Below, one piece after another: positions 51,013 through 64,000 of a DNA stretch of 64,000 nucleotides. Made by a program: the position numbers and the translations under genes. A model generated the notes under the pieces. It made no database searches. It was not told the origin of the DNA and saw nothing but the letters and a program-made list of their open reading frames with translations. This DNA is from Rhizophagus irregularis. Taxonomy: Eukaryota. The number at the start of each line of letters is the position of its first letter. Within the stretch, counting starts at the first letter, position 1. Location of the stretch: assembly GCF_026210795.1 (NCBI RefSeq), contig NC_089430.1, forward strand, positions 1,612,001-1,676,000, in the 5' to 3' direction.

Positions 51013-52672
51013 TCAGTTACTTTTATCTATAAGTGAAAAATAAATTATTAAATAATATTATTAATAAAATAAATCATGTAAAAAGTTAATGTATATAAGT
51101 ACCTAGGTCTAGTTTAGTAAAATCTATTGCTTCTATTGATTCTATAATATATAAAAAAAAATAATTATATACATCAATAAAATCTTTAAAGAATGCTTTT
51201 GTAAAGTTAAATTAGGAAATTAATTACCTGAATATTCTCCAAATGAATTATCATCATCCTTGTTATCAATAGCATTTTTTGGTTCTGGAAGATTTTTAAA
51301 ATCTAAAAGTCTACTTGTGTAAACTGCTTGAGGATTTGTAGTATATGAAAGAGTAGGTCCAGTATATAATGATGATGATGTTGTTAACTTCTCATTAATT
51401 TTATCTGCTTCTTCAATTTGCCTTTTGATTTCAGTATTTGATTCATTCAATAAATTGTGTAATAAAAAATATAATTCATTAGTGTTAGGTCGTTTTAAAG
51501 GATCAGCATCCCAACATTGTTTAATTATGTTTAGAATTAATTGAGGAATTTTATAATTTGATTTTGGCCTAAGTCCTTGACAAATGCTAATAGTTAAGAA
51601 TTTATCATGAGCAATATCATGATAAGGAGGAATCCCTGTACAGACTTCATATGCAATAATTCCAAATCCATATATATCACTTTCTTGAGTATACTCTTTT
51701 CCTCTTAAAACTTCTGGTGCTACATTCATTTTGAGATGGTTTTACATTTGCTGGTCGACATAATCCTAAATCAGTAATTATAGTATAATATTCTTCTTTT
51801 AATATATTGCCAATATGAAAATCACGATGAATTAACCTTTTTTGATGAATACAAAGGAGGCTTTCTGTAAGATTTTCTAAAATATACAACTTTTCATCCC
51901 ATTTTGTTGAATTAAAACTATTATTTAAATGTTGTCTTAAACTACCATTTATTACATAATTCATTACTATTATAAAATTTCCAGATTCTGGATCTTTAGT
52001 AATGCCAAAACAGTGTGCTATACAACTTTTCATTGGAATCATAGTATGGGTTTCAATCTAAAAAAGAATCCATAATAATAATAATTAATAGACAGTTTAA
52101 CATCTATAATAGGACAATATCTTGAATTTACTATATATAAATAAGTAACTTACTTCTCTTAAAAAATCGGATGTAATATCTTGAGAATTATGTAAACATT
52201 TTAAAACAACTGGAAAATTCTCATATTCCTTAGACCAACATTTACTTCTTTTCCATTTATTATTCTCAAAATCCCATTTATTTATATATCCATCTTTCCA
52301 AATTGCTTTATAAATAGTTCCAAATCCTCCTTTTGCCAAGTATTCAACATTTTCAAATCTATCATATTCAATCCATTCTAAAACTTCTTCATAAACTTTA
52401 GCTTCAAGTTGTACTTTTTGTATAAACTTGTCAACTTCATGATTTCCACTGGTCCAATTTTTAAAATTTTGTTGAAATTTACATTGACACCAATTACGAG
52501 AAGCTCTAGGTTGCTTACATTCTTTGCATAAACCATTTTTTTTATAACATATTTTTAATTCCTCATTTAATATTAACTTATCAATTAACAAACTTTGTTC
52601 TTCAGTTAGGTCTTTATGGTTAAAATCTTTTATTTGCTCAAATGCATCATCATTGAGCATAAATTCTTCCAT
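51013..52672 (-). pseudogene. Frameshifted paralogue of the 45056-46663 kinase
   Basis: Highly similar to the neighbouring copy. A 29-bp deletion near 51725 removes the KELYGVLPY segment and shifts the frame. Confidence 0.88.
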
Positions 52673-55510
52673 ATTGGATTAATAAATGTGACTTCAATTT
52701 TATATCTAAACGGAGTAAAAAAAAATTTTTTTTTTTTTTTTTAAAAAAAATAAGGGGCGTATTTAAACGTATCAAAAGTTGCACAGCAGCGATTTACAAA
52801 ATTATTTTTAATTTAGGTTCAAGAAGTCAGCTGATGATCACAGAAATTACTACTGATTATAAATTTCCTTTTCAATCAAATTCCAAAATACTTGTTTCAC
52901 AAAAAAAAAGCTGTGTCGATCATCAAACGCCAAAATTATTTCATTATACTATATAGGTACTTATTGAATTTTGAAAAATACAGTACAGTCAATCAATATC
53001 ATCATCAGTAACAACATGCATGCATTAAAAATTATAATTAGAATCAATCACGTTAAAATTATTTAGGTTGAAAAATTTTTAAAAAAATGTATTGACCAAT
53101 TAGTTTTAGTTACTATAAATCTGTACAGAAAATTTTAAAAAGAAGTAATTTCCATTATTATTATGTGAAGAAAATTCGTATTAACGAATGAATTCAGTTA
53201 TGATATAATCATCATTAAAGTAGGTTAAGATTATAAAAGTTTCAGCTGCTTGTAAAATAAAAATAATTAATGTTATGAAAAACAATAAATTAAAATTTCA
53301 ATCTATTATAACATCATTTTTCCTAATAACCCTAATAACATAAATTATTGTAAAAACAAATTGGTATTTAATGACGCAAATATTTTCTCAAAATTCAAAA
53401 TTATAAAAATTTAATAATGACAAGGTAGTTACGCTCAAAGATATTGTAAATTATCTTAAATAAAATCAAGCAAGTTGCCTTTAAAATAATTGACTGCGTT
53501 ATTACCTATGGAAAATATTAAACTACAAAAATTATTCTTATATTAATAAACGAAATAAGAAAGGAAGTTATTTGAAAATATTATAACTTTGCTTAAGCAG
53601 ATAAATAGGAGGGGTTGGGAAATCCAAAAATTTGGTCAACAATTTTTTAATGCCGATCATGACACGTGAACAAAGTTAGCTTAATAATATAATCAAACAA
53701 ATAACTTATTCGGTGACGAAGAATCTCTCACTGTCCCCTTACAAATGCTTTCTCCGAGGCTTCTTTGTATCAATCTGATACAGAACCAGCATCAAGCTCA
53801 GGTATCAAGATTTTCAAAGCAAGTAATGTAAGCTACAAGATATTCTTTATTTAAATTATTTAAATATTGGTTAAATTTTTTTTTCTTGAAAATTATTTTC
53901 CAATACTAACAAAATTTTAATATTTGATGGGATAAATTATCAGAAAAAGTTCAATTAATTTAAATAATTTAAATGTATTATATGAAAAGTAATTACTATT
54001 ATGGTATATCTAATGTTTATATAAGACAAAAGGAAAGAATTTCACATTCAATTAAATCTTTTACCATTTATCTCTTTCAAATCGGTTGTAAACTTGTTTG
54101 TTTAGATTAAGTTACAACCCAGTTCTTTTTTTTTTAATTTTACTTTACTATTTCGATAACAAATCAACTTTTTTTTTAAAAAAAAAGATAAAAATTCACT
54201 TTTGAATAGTGAAAAAAAAATATTTTAATATATAATTAGTAATAAATTGATTGTTAAAATATAAAGTCATTTACCAAATTACCGCAAATCTATTTTGATC
54301 ATTTTTTCCATTTTGAGTTAAAAACCAAATTTAAGGTAAAAAAAAACTTACTAACAAACAAACAATAATAGAAAAATTTCTCGTGTTTTTTCTTATTTCA
54401 GCCAACGTATCTGCTCGTCTATTCTAAAGTCAAACATAAGAGTTCATCATTAATTTGTATGATTAATAATAATAAAACAAAATAATTTTTTTTATAGAGT
54501 GGACTTATTGGATTTGCATCAGTGATGTATCAGTTTGGTCATTCTGAATTTAATGGAAAAAAAAATTTATAATTGAACAGTGATCGGGAATAAGAAAAAT
54601 ATGGTGTAAAGATTTACTTATCAGCATTCCATTTCGATCCATTCCTTCCGTTTCAAAGCTCAAGATCGATACTGAAATAAATAAGGTAAAAAAAAGTATA
54701 ATTAATTAAATAATTGAAATAAAAAGAAAAGAAAAAAAATAATAACTAAAAAATGTCACCTACACATAGGAAAATCAATGGAAATTTTTTTTAACCAATC
54801 TTTTTAAGGTTGCTCAATTTTTGGCGTAAAATAAATATTCTCACAAAGGAATATTTATTTTTATCTCTGGCAAATTACGGAACTTGTGCATTATGTATTT
54901 GTGCACAAATAAACAAAGAAGTAATAAAGATTTGCTTTTTTTTAAACAGATATATAACATTATTTCTTTGATTACTTTTAAAATAAATTTAACGAATAAT
55001 CAAGTGATTGTATATTTTAAAAGCTGATCATTACGACAAGGAATTACGATCGATCAACATCGTTTCAACATCTTTTAAATAAAGGCGCTATCAAAAAGGC
55101 TCTTAAAAAGGCAAACATTTTCACAATATTTGTAAGAAGTTTATTAGGTAAAATGTTATTAATATTAAAGAATTCGTAAATCTGTCAATCACATGATACA
55201 CATACTGATCAATTTAAATTAAAGTTTATATTATAATGCGTAATCTACGATGCGTAATCTACAATACGATGCCAAGTCTAACGATATTAATGTAATAATA
55301 GAAGAATTGATTTATTTGCATCAATATTAAGTATTTCTTTTTTTCGTCATTTTATTTATTATTTTTTTTTTCACGTGAAAATTTTCACAAAAATAAAATA
55401 CCATACCCTTATTATATGAAACAATGAAATATTATTCCCTCCCAAATACAACCATTCAATTTTAACAGCGTAAACTTTTGCGACATAATCTGTCTTGATA
55501 TTTTTTATTC

Positions 55511-56242
55511 ATGGAAAATTATTCTAAACAAGAAGATAGGGAAACGGAAACGAAAAACCATGAAACAATAATTTCTTCCTCCCAGACCTTCCTTCCTTCC
55601 ATACCATCCACTGAGGAACTTGAAAACATATCAAAAACAAGTGACTTGATACACAGATTAAAAGAATCAAATTTAGGATTGACAGATGATGACTTCGATG
55701 TTCTCAAATATCATAAAATAATCGGGCGAACGTTCCTTTTATTAACGGAAGAAAAACTCGAAAGTCGAGGAGTGAAATTAGGACCAACGCTGAACATCAT
55801 ATGTTCGATTAATAAGATTCGGAAGAAAAACTCAAGATCAAGATCATGTGAGTATTTATTATTATTGTCTTTTGCATCGTTGTGTTTTATTGAATTTGAT
55901 CTTAATACATTATATTTTTTAGCTTCGAATTCTCCTACTCGACCTACTCGCATGAATATAGACGATGATCTAGATGACATTGATATTCTCCAAAAAAAAT
56001 TCAAAGAGTTAGTTGAGGATAAGTTTAGGTCTATATCCGGATTGAAATCAAAAGTTAATTTTTCATTATTAGCAAAGGATGTTTATAGAGTGTGCGGGGA
56101 GGATACTATTAGTGTGAAGACTCTTAGAGAATTTTACTTTTATAATACAAAACTCTCTAAACATACTTATCCAATAGTTAGAAAATGGGTTGATCATAAA
56201 ATGAGAGTAAATATTAGAAGTTATAGAACTTGGTTTAGTTGA
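55511..56242 (+). CDS. SAM-domain protein, exons 55511-55847 and 55923-56242
   Basis: LGLTDDDFDVLKYHKIIGRTFLLLTEEKLESRGVKLGPTLNI is SAM-like. 75-bp GTGAGT...TAG intron. Confidence 0.82.
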   Translation: MENYSKQEDRETETKNHETIISSSQTFLPSIPSTEELENISKTSDLIHRLKESNLGLTDDDFDVLKYHKIIGRTFLLLTEEKLESRGVKLGPTLNIICSINKIRKKNSRSRSCEYLLLLSFASLCFIEFDLNTLYFLASNSPTRPTRMNIDDDLDDIDILQKKFKELVEDKFRSISGLKSKVNFSLLAKDVYRVCGEDTISVKTLREFYFYNTKLSKHTYPIVRKWVDHKMRVNIRSYRTWFS

Positions 56243-57823
56243 ATGAATCACTTTATCATCATATCTACTTTTCTCTAATCTTGTTTTCTATATAAAATAA
56301 AAAATTATTAAAATTTATACAAAATAAACAAAGAATGTATGATATTTTAGTTCTTTTCTTATAGTAACATGATATTGAGTAGTTTTTAAAAAATTCATTT
56401 TTTCTCGTCAGTAATGTTGACTTAATTAAATAAAATTCTTAAATTGAAACTTTTATAAATAACAATAAAATGAGACATTTAAAATAAAAAATTTCTATGA
56501 GTATACTCAGTATAGTATAAGTCTATAGGTCCGCCAAATCAATGTTTATTAATAAAATCAATTAAGAAAAAACTACAGCACTTACGCTATTTATTTGTTT
56601 CGTTAATATTAAATGGCTCAATAAAAGATAAATCTAAAAAAAGATTAAAAAAATTAAACTTTAAAATTGGACTAATATTTTTGAAGTTATTATTATTATA
56701 TTTTATCTTTTCAAGTTCTACGGATTATAGATGTCTCATCAAGGCGCAGTAATTTAGTTTTTTATATAATATACAATATATATATAAAAAAACCATCCTT
56801 ATTCGATTTACATGTGATGAATCTGCTAATTATAGATTTGTTATTTTGTGACAAAGAAATTTCCATTTCGAAAGTGTGGAATGGACGGAGTTTGATAAAA
56901 CAATACTTACCGGATAAAGGCAAATCGGGTTACTTCAACAGGTTTAAAACGTGAATGGCGTTGAACCTTGATTTTGTACCATTTATTTACATTAATGGAA
57001 GATCGTCTTTTCACTACTTTAGAATAATTGTTTACCCCTTATATCGCAAAAAAAAAAATATTATTGTACGAAAATGTAACGAAAAACAGGATGCGAATTT
57101 TTTGTTATGTTAAATCAACCTGAACTAAAAATTCACCATTCAGAATGAAAAGAATTTTCATAAATACTAAATAATAAGAGGAGAAATAAATTTATTATGA
57201 AATTCGCACCAATTTCATGTTATTTTGTATCATATTTAAATATTTTTGAGCCAAAAAAAAAAAAAATTAATTGAATAAATCATATTATTATATTTTTTCG
57301 AAATAAAATTAATTTAATAAAATTATTGGTAACTCCTGAAATCTTCGGGTAGTATATTGGTTTGGAACATCAAAATAACGTGGGTCCATGGGTCCATTCC
57401 AATATACTGTTTAATCCTTATAAAAAGTTTTTTTTTTCAAATATGATCTATTTAAGGAATAGTCTTGTCCCGGAAATTTTTGGGTAAAATTGGTGTAACA
57501 AATATGGAATTTGATTTTGTAATATGCAGGGTCAGTTTATATGTCGTGAGTCATAAAACTTGTTTAAATTGAAATGTTATTTTAGTATTTTACACGTTTA
57601 ATCCACGAGACCATGGGAATATAATAAATCAATTTAAGCGGACGACAATGAAAAAGGATTTTTTTCACATGAAAAAGGAAAATATATAAGTACCCTTTCG
57701 TCATTTGACTAACGAATGGCGTTCACATATATTATGTTAATGAAATTATTATATATTGTTTCTGATTATCAAATCAAATAATAAATCTTGAATCAGAACG
57801 GAAATGGAAACTATGAAATAATA

Positions 57824-58479
57824 ATGTCTTCCTCCTTTCCTTCCTTACCATCCGCTGAGGAAATCGAAAAAATAACAGATACTAGAGACTTAATTTATCG
57901 TTTAAAACAATCTAACTTGGGATTAACCGAAAATGATTTCGAGGTTCTCAAATACCATAAAATTATTGGGCGAACGTTTCTCATGTTAACGGAAGAAAAA
58001 CTTGAAAATCGTGGTGAAAAATTGGGACCATCTTTAAACATCGCGTATTCGGTTAATAAGATTTTGGAACAAGATACGAAAAGTGAGTAATTATGATATT
58101 GTCATTTGCGTCGTTGATGGATTAAATTTGATCTCTAATAAAGTGTATGATATTTATAGCTTCAAAATCTTCCAAAAATAAGAAACGTAATATAGAAGAT
58201 GACCTTGAAGATATTGATATACTCCGTGAAGAATTTAGAGAAATTGTAGAGGAAAAATTTAAAACTACGACTGGATTAACTACAAAAATCAATTATTCGT
58301 TATTACTTAAAGATGTTCATAGCGTGTGCGGAGAGGATACTATTAGTGGAACAACCCTTAGAGACTTTTTTTTAAATAATACAAATCTCTCTAAGCATAC
58401 GTATCCAATAGTTCGACAATGGGTTGAACACAAAAAAAGAATTTACAGTAATAAATATAAAGCGTATACTTTTCATTAA
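57824..58479 (+). CDS. SAM-domain protein paralogue, exons 57824-58082 and 58160-58479
   Basis: Same SAM motif and C-terminal domain as the 55511 gene. Phase-1 intron 58083-58159 at the equivalent position. Start codon uncertain. Confidence 0.8.
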
Positions 58480-60486
58480 TTCTGTAGTTTATTTCATCTG
58501 TAGTATAAATAGTTTTTTAATGAACCCATAGTAACTCCATCATGTAATAATACAAATAATAATAAATTTTCCATAAATTTCATAAATTTTGTATTTCATT
58601 CAGGTAATTTAACATTTGTTTAATCTCTCTCGTCTTGTTTGTACGTATTAATTACAAAATTGTCAATGTAAAGTCGGAAAATTTCACATTTTATTTAAAT
58701 AATAGTTTACAAATGATACTATAAAAATATACGTGGGAACGTTTGACGTGAATTAGTTTAAAAAAAGGACGGAAATTATTCTGTTTATTAGCTGCACTAA
58801 ATGACGTGGAAGGTTCTTCTCGGTTCTGTTTCGGTTCCTCTTCGGTTCTGTGGTAGAACATGTATTAAAAAAAAATCTTTGTTTCGTTATTAAGTAATGG
58901 TGAGCCTTGATCTACCCTAATTTGATGTTTTTCGAATCAATCGGTTCGGTTCGAATTTTTAAAATTGTTAGAACAGTTCTCAGAATGTTCCAACCTCAAC
59001 CTTTACTAGGTTTCAGAACCTACTCGGAACTGTACCTCCCTATCCCTAGCTGCAATTAAGGTTTCTTATTACAAAATTGGTGATTTCAAATCTAGCGGAT
59101 TGGTTCCGCCTTAAAAAATCCGTAAATAACGAACAGATGCTTTTGTTAAATTAGAATATAATTGTCCTGGGCGAAGTGAAGGACTAGATATTATTTAAAT
59201 TTTGTGATCGCTGTCTACTACGTGATCGTCAGCCAATGTAATCGCGCTCCGAATTTACCGTTGTATGAAAAACGGTCAAATTATTCAAAGAAAATAATTA
59301 CTTTTGTACTGAACTTCATCAATATATGTATAAAAAAAAAATATTTTGATTATAAAGTATTGGTACTATTAAGGCAAACAAGAAAATTTTGTATACTTAT
59401 TAACTCCTGTCCTATCGGGATTGTTTCTTAACAGTTAAATTTTGAGTATTAGAAGTAGACTCCATTAATTTGGAAATTCTGTGTCACGAAAATAGAAAGT
59501 TAATAGACTTCAGGTGAAAGTTGATTTTATAAAACAATAACTTCAATATTTCTTTCTTTTTTTTTTATTAAGAGCTTAAAAAATCAATCTAATGACGATT
59601 ATAAATAATTATTAGGTTATAATTATAATTATTTTTCGCAATTCCTCTCTCATGTTCTTTTTTTTTTTAAAGAATAATAAATCGAATAGATAACTAATTT
59701 TTATAAATTTTTAGTGATGTTTACAAAAATATCTCAGAATTAAGAGACGTGTCTATTCAAAATTCGTTTGTGTAATTGTGTTTATCCAAAAAATTACACT
59801 TATTAGGAATAATTAATTACGCATTAATTTATTCCGATACTGTTATGAACTGAATTTATAAATCAGATAATTATTATTTGTAATATTTTGAACAAGTCCG
59901 TCACATCTCAAAAGGTTATAAAGGTTTATTTAGTATCTACCCGCATGACTTATTAATATTATCAAACGATTTATATTGGCCAAAATTAAAAATTTCGGTA
60001 ATATTCACTGCAAATGTATATTTTTTTTAAACACAATAATACACAATAATTTATTATTAGGATTTTTACTTCGAATAGACTTTAAATTTATATAAATAGC
60101 TTATAAATAAAGCCTATTTGAGACGAGACAAAAGTTAATTTCTTGGATAGACAAAAAACGTGCATTACAAGTATGCGTTTTATAATGGAGTAATTTCAAA
60201 TTTTAATTTGAAATTTGTCTCGTATATTGCTCAATTACAAACTGATTTTTATTTATATAAAGAAAATGATAACTCTATAATCAGTGTTGAACAAAATAAA
60301 TATACTTAAAAATATATGAAAAATAATAAATAAAATAAGTAAATCAAAATATATTTTATCATCTTCTATGACAACCTATGAATATTTTAATTACTATGAA
60401 GTTAGAATAATATTACTACTAATGAAATAACATTCACATTCACATTTAATTAAACTTACGTTTGTTCATACAGTAAAATTCAATAT

Positions 60487-62142
60487 TCAATCAATTCTAA
60501 ATGATTCATAATCATCGCTATTGTCTGACTTTAGAACATATTCTGTAAATGATTAGTAATTGATATAAATAATTTGATAGATAGCCAAGTAAATTAGTCT
60601 ATTATAGTTAAATTATGTTAATTTAAATACCTGGATATTTTTTGCTTGATATATTTTCATATGACTTATAATAATCATCAGGATTCTTTGGTTCAGGAAG
60701 ATTTTTATAATTAAATGGTATACTTTTATAAATGGCTTCAGGATGCTTTTTATTTATCATAGACGAATTATTAAGTAATGATTTATTAATTTTTTCAACT
60801 TCTTCAATTTGTTCGATTAATTCCGTTCGAGTTGATTCTTCTTGATTCTCTTCATTCTTTTTATAATACTTATTATATTCTTCTTGCCATCTACGAAATG
60901 TTCTTGTAAGTTCTTTTATGTCTGGTCGTTTTAATGGATCTGCATCCAAACATCTTTTAATTAAATGTAAAATTATTTGAGGTACTTTAATATCAAATTC
61001 GGGTCTTAGCCCTTCACAAATATTTACTGCTAAAAAACCGTTATGAGCAATATTATAATATGGAGGCGATTCTGAAATTACTACATATATAATTATGCCA
61101 AAACTGTAAATATCAGATGCTTGAGTGTAACATCCTCCTCTTAAAATTTCAGGTGCCAAATAAGATACAACACCATACATTTCTTCCTTATTTTCTAATT
61201 CATTATAATTTGCTGGTTTACATAATCCCATATCAGTTATACATGGGATTGAATCACATACTATATTTCCAATATGCAAATCTCGATGAATTAATCTTTT
61301 ACCATGAATTTTAAGAAGTCCACTTGAAATACTAAATAAAATATCAAATCTAGATTTCCACATCTGCAAATTCAAATCCAAATTCACTTGAGGCCATTTA
61401 CCTATTTTATATTTTATCTTTTTTCTTTTTTTGTTCAAATAATTTTGTAGATTCCCCTTTTCAGCATAATTCATAACCATAATATAGTTTTTTGTTTCGG
61501 GATGTAAAGATATTCCATAACATCTAATAACTTGTAGCGGTGACTTGACTCTATGTATTTTCAAGTGGATTGTAATCTAATTGTCGTAAAATAATTAATT
61601 AGTAAAAATAATAATTTAAATCATATTAAAATATACAATGTAAATTATACCTCATTAATAAATTCCATTGTAATATTTTGTGATTTACTTAAACTTTTAA
61701 TAGCTACAAGTTTACTTTTATTAAGTCTACTCCATTGATTCTTACCCGTATCCCAGTGTGAAATATAACCATCTTTCCATGTTGCTTTATGAACTTTACC
61801 AAATCCACCTTCTGCAATAAATACAGGTTTATTAAATCTATTATATGGTATCCACTCTAATATTTGACAACAATTTTTTGCTGATAATTGAGTATTTTGA
61901 ATGAACTTATCAATATCATCATTACCACTAGTCCATTTATCAAAATTTTGTTGAAATCTTTTTGAATTACAAGTTTGACACCAATTCTTTCCTGTAATTA
62001 TTTCATTACATTCCTTACATCTTCCATATCTTTCCTCATTATTTTTTGAAATACAATTCTCACAATATTTACTTTCTGTATCACTTATTTGTTTGCATCG
62101 AATGCATTCATATATTAGTTCTTTTCCATCTAATGGATACAT
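60487..62142 (-). CDS. TKL-type protein kinase (exons 62142-61651, 61576-60631, 60542-60487)
   Basis: N-terminal CxxC pairs; motifs WTSGN, GGFGKV, VAIK, HRDLHIGN, DMG, YLAPE. In-frame GT-AG introns. Confidence 0.9.
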
Positions 62143-62937
62143 GACAAAATTTAAATTAAAAATTTTATTGTTAAAAATCTTTTTATCTTTGTAAATTTAT
62201 CTACTGAAAATTTTTGTTGGAAATAATGGAACGATTTAGAACGTTTATACAGTATTTTTATATACCGTACTTCAGATGATCGACGTGATGTGCAATATCA
62301 ATATCACATGCAATCTATACCATTTTTTCCAAGATAACAAAGATAGTTACACTACCTCATTTTAAATAATAAATAATTAAACAGTTACAAATATAGCAAA
62401 AATGAACCTTTAACAAGATTAATAGAAAACTCATTCGGGATTAGAGTTATAAGCCTTTTTTTTTTGGCAAGAACCAAAATAAAGAATAAAAGAATAAAGT
62501 AATGGTCTCATTCATCAAAACATTTTGGCGTATGTGGCCAATGAAAATGATCAATATTTATTATCAATCAAATTATTGCCGCTTTCAATTGACGTTGATC
62601 ATTTAACACAAAATTTCTAAGCCACGCCGATCACAATTTTTTCTCTCCTACTATTTGTAATAAATGAATTATTTTTTTTTTTGTTTGATCCGATAAATAG
62701 ACTCTTTACATACTGTATACTCTGAATTCGAAGTTTTTTTACTAGAAACAATTTAGTATATTTACTGCTTAACTTTGATATTGCACTTTAGATCACACTT
62801 TTAGATCACACTTCGATCTGTAACGCTAAAATGACACTGTAAGTACTAATAAAAAACTCTTGTTGTATTTAAAGACAATAATCAAGACTTTTAAAGTTAT
62901 ATATCATATATTTATTTGTAAAAAATTGTTTTTGGAC

Positions 62938-63191
62938 GCTTAATAAAAATACTAATAATCATATTTTAACTATAACGATAAAAACAAGTCAAGAGTACGT
63001 ATTATAGGTTTTGTTGCATACTTGTTAGCATGTAATAATTATGTATTATGTATAGAGTGCTTAATAAAATACTAATAATCATATTTAATTTATTTTTTAA
63101 CTATAGACGATAAAAACAAGTCAAGAGCACGTATTATTAGTAGTTTTATAGGGTTTGTTGCATATTTGTTAGCATGTAATAATTATGTATT
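62938..63191. repeat. Imperfect tandem duplication, about 120 bp x2
   Basis: gcttaataaaa..tactaataatcatattt...gataaaaacaagtcaagag...tgttagcatgtaataattatgtatt occurs twice. Confidence 0.85.
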
Positions 63192-63439
63192 GAAACTCTT
63201 TTTTTTTTAATTAGTCTACGCATTTTATTAAATTATTACCGTATAGCACTGACTAAAAGATCCCCCTTTGACGTTTCCCCATTATAATATACCCGGGTAT
63301 GATATGTGGTTTAGAATTACACACATGTTCCATATAAAATGCCCGGTTATAATTCAATTTTTAAAATAGATAAATAATTTATACCCTGAGTATTTTACTA
63401 TTTGAATAAATTACATCACAAATTTTTATTGCTAAATTT

Positions 63440-63700
63440 TCATCATGACTTACTTCATGATATGGAGACAATCCAGAAATTATTTCATACGTAATTATAC
63501 CCAAAACTATAAAATATCAGATGCCTGCTTGGTATAATTTTGGTTCAGGTGCAACATAAGGTAAAATGCCATAGACATTATTTTCTGATGTATTGTAGTC
63601 TGCAGGTTTACATAATCCCATGTCAGTTATAACAGTATTATACTTGAGCTTTAATAAATTCCTAATATGTAAATCTTGGTGAATTAATTCGATTCCATAT
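63440..63700 (-). pseudogene. TKL kinase fragment
   Basis: LIHQDLHIRN...TDMGLCKPADY...YGILPYVAPE, then broken; N-lobe absent. Confidence 0.8.
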
Positions 63701-64000
63701 GGTAAATGGATAATCTTACCATTCAGGGTTAATTTATGAACCATAGTGAGTATTAGGTACCCACACTTTGTACTCATGATTACTCAAAATATAAAGTATT
63801 TGTTTAAGAGAAAGCAATATGATATTACAATATGTCAATTTAAGTCATATTATTTACAATAAATTTATCATACTGACAAAAGCTGATTTATTTTGCAATG
63901 CTTAATTTGTATTAATGTATCAGTTTTATCACTTTTTATTTGTATTTTTAGAAATATTTTCTGAAAAAATGTATTATACGCAAATAATTATAATTATTAT

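Noticed and set aside
7055..55380. Recurrent TCACGTG motifs as centromere (CDEI) elements
   Set aside because: They are scattered, often within repeats, and no CDEIII-like partner was seen; enrichment was not computed.

Overview
Very AT-rich eukaryotic genomic DNA with short GT-AG introns. The gene families (expanded tyrosine-kinase-like kinases, MATA-type HMG boxes, SAM proteins, a Crinkler-like fold) are most consistent with an arbuscular mycorrhizal fungus such as Rhizophagus; this is an inference, not a database match. The window is a duplication-prone accessory region. It holds six kinase loci (one partial, three apparently intact, one frameshifted, one fragment), an intronless GNAT gene plus a deleted copy, a CRN-like gene, a divergent HMG-box pair, a Q/N-repeat protein, two Cys-rich small proteins and a tandem SAM pair. 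Mobile DNA includes a hAT derivative with an 8-bp TSD, a Helitron-like element, several MITEs, a decayed RNase H retroelement and a long inverted repeat. The most unusual signals are (1) two 150-195 bp GC-rich elements with AGGAC termini and 8-bp target duplications whose minus strand appears to fold as a multi-stem RNA, and (2) a ~200-bp-unit array plus leader reused upstream of two unrelated genes. No rRNA, tRNA or CRISPR array was recognised. All alignments and folds were done by eye.
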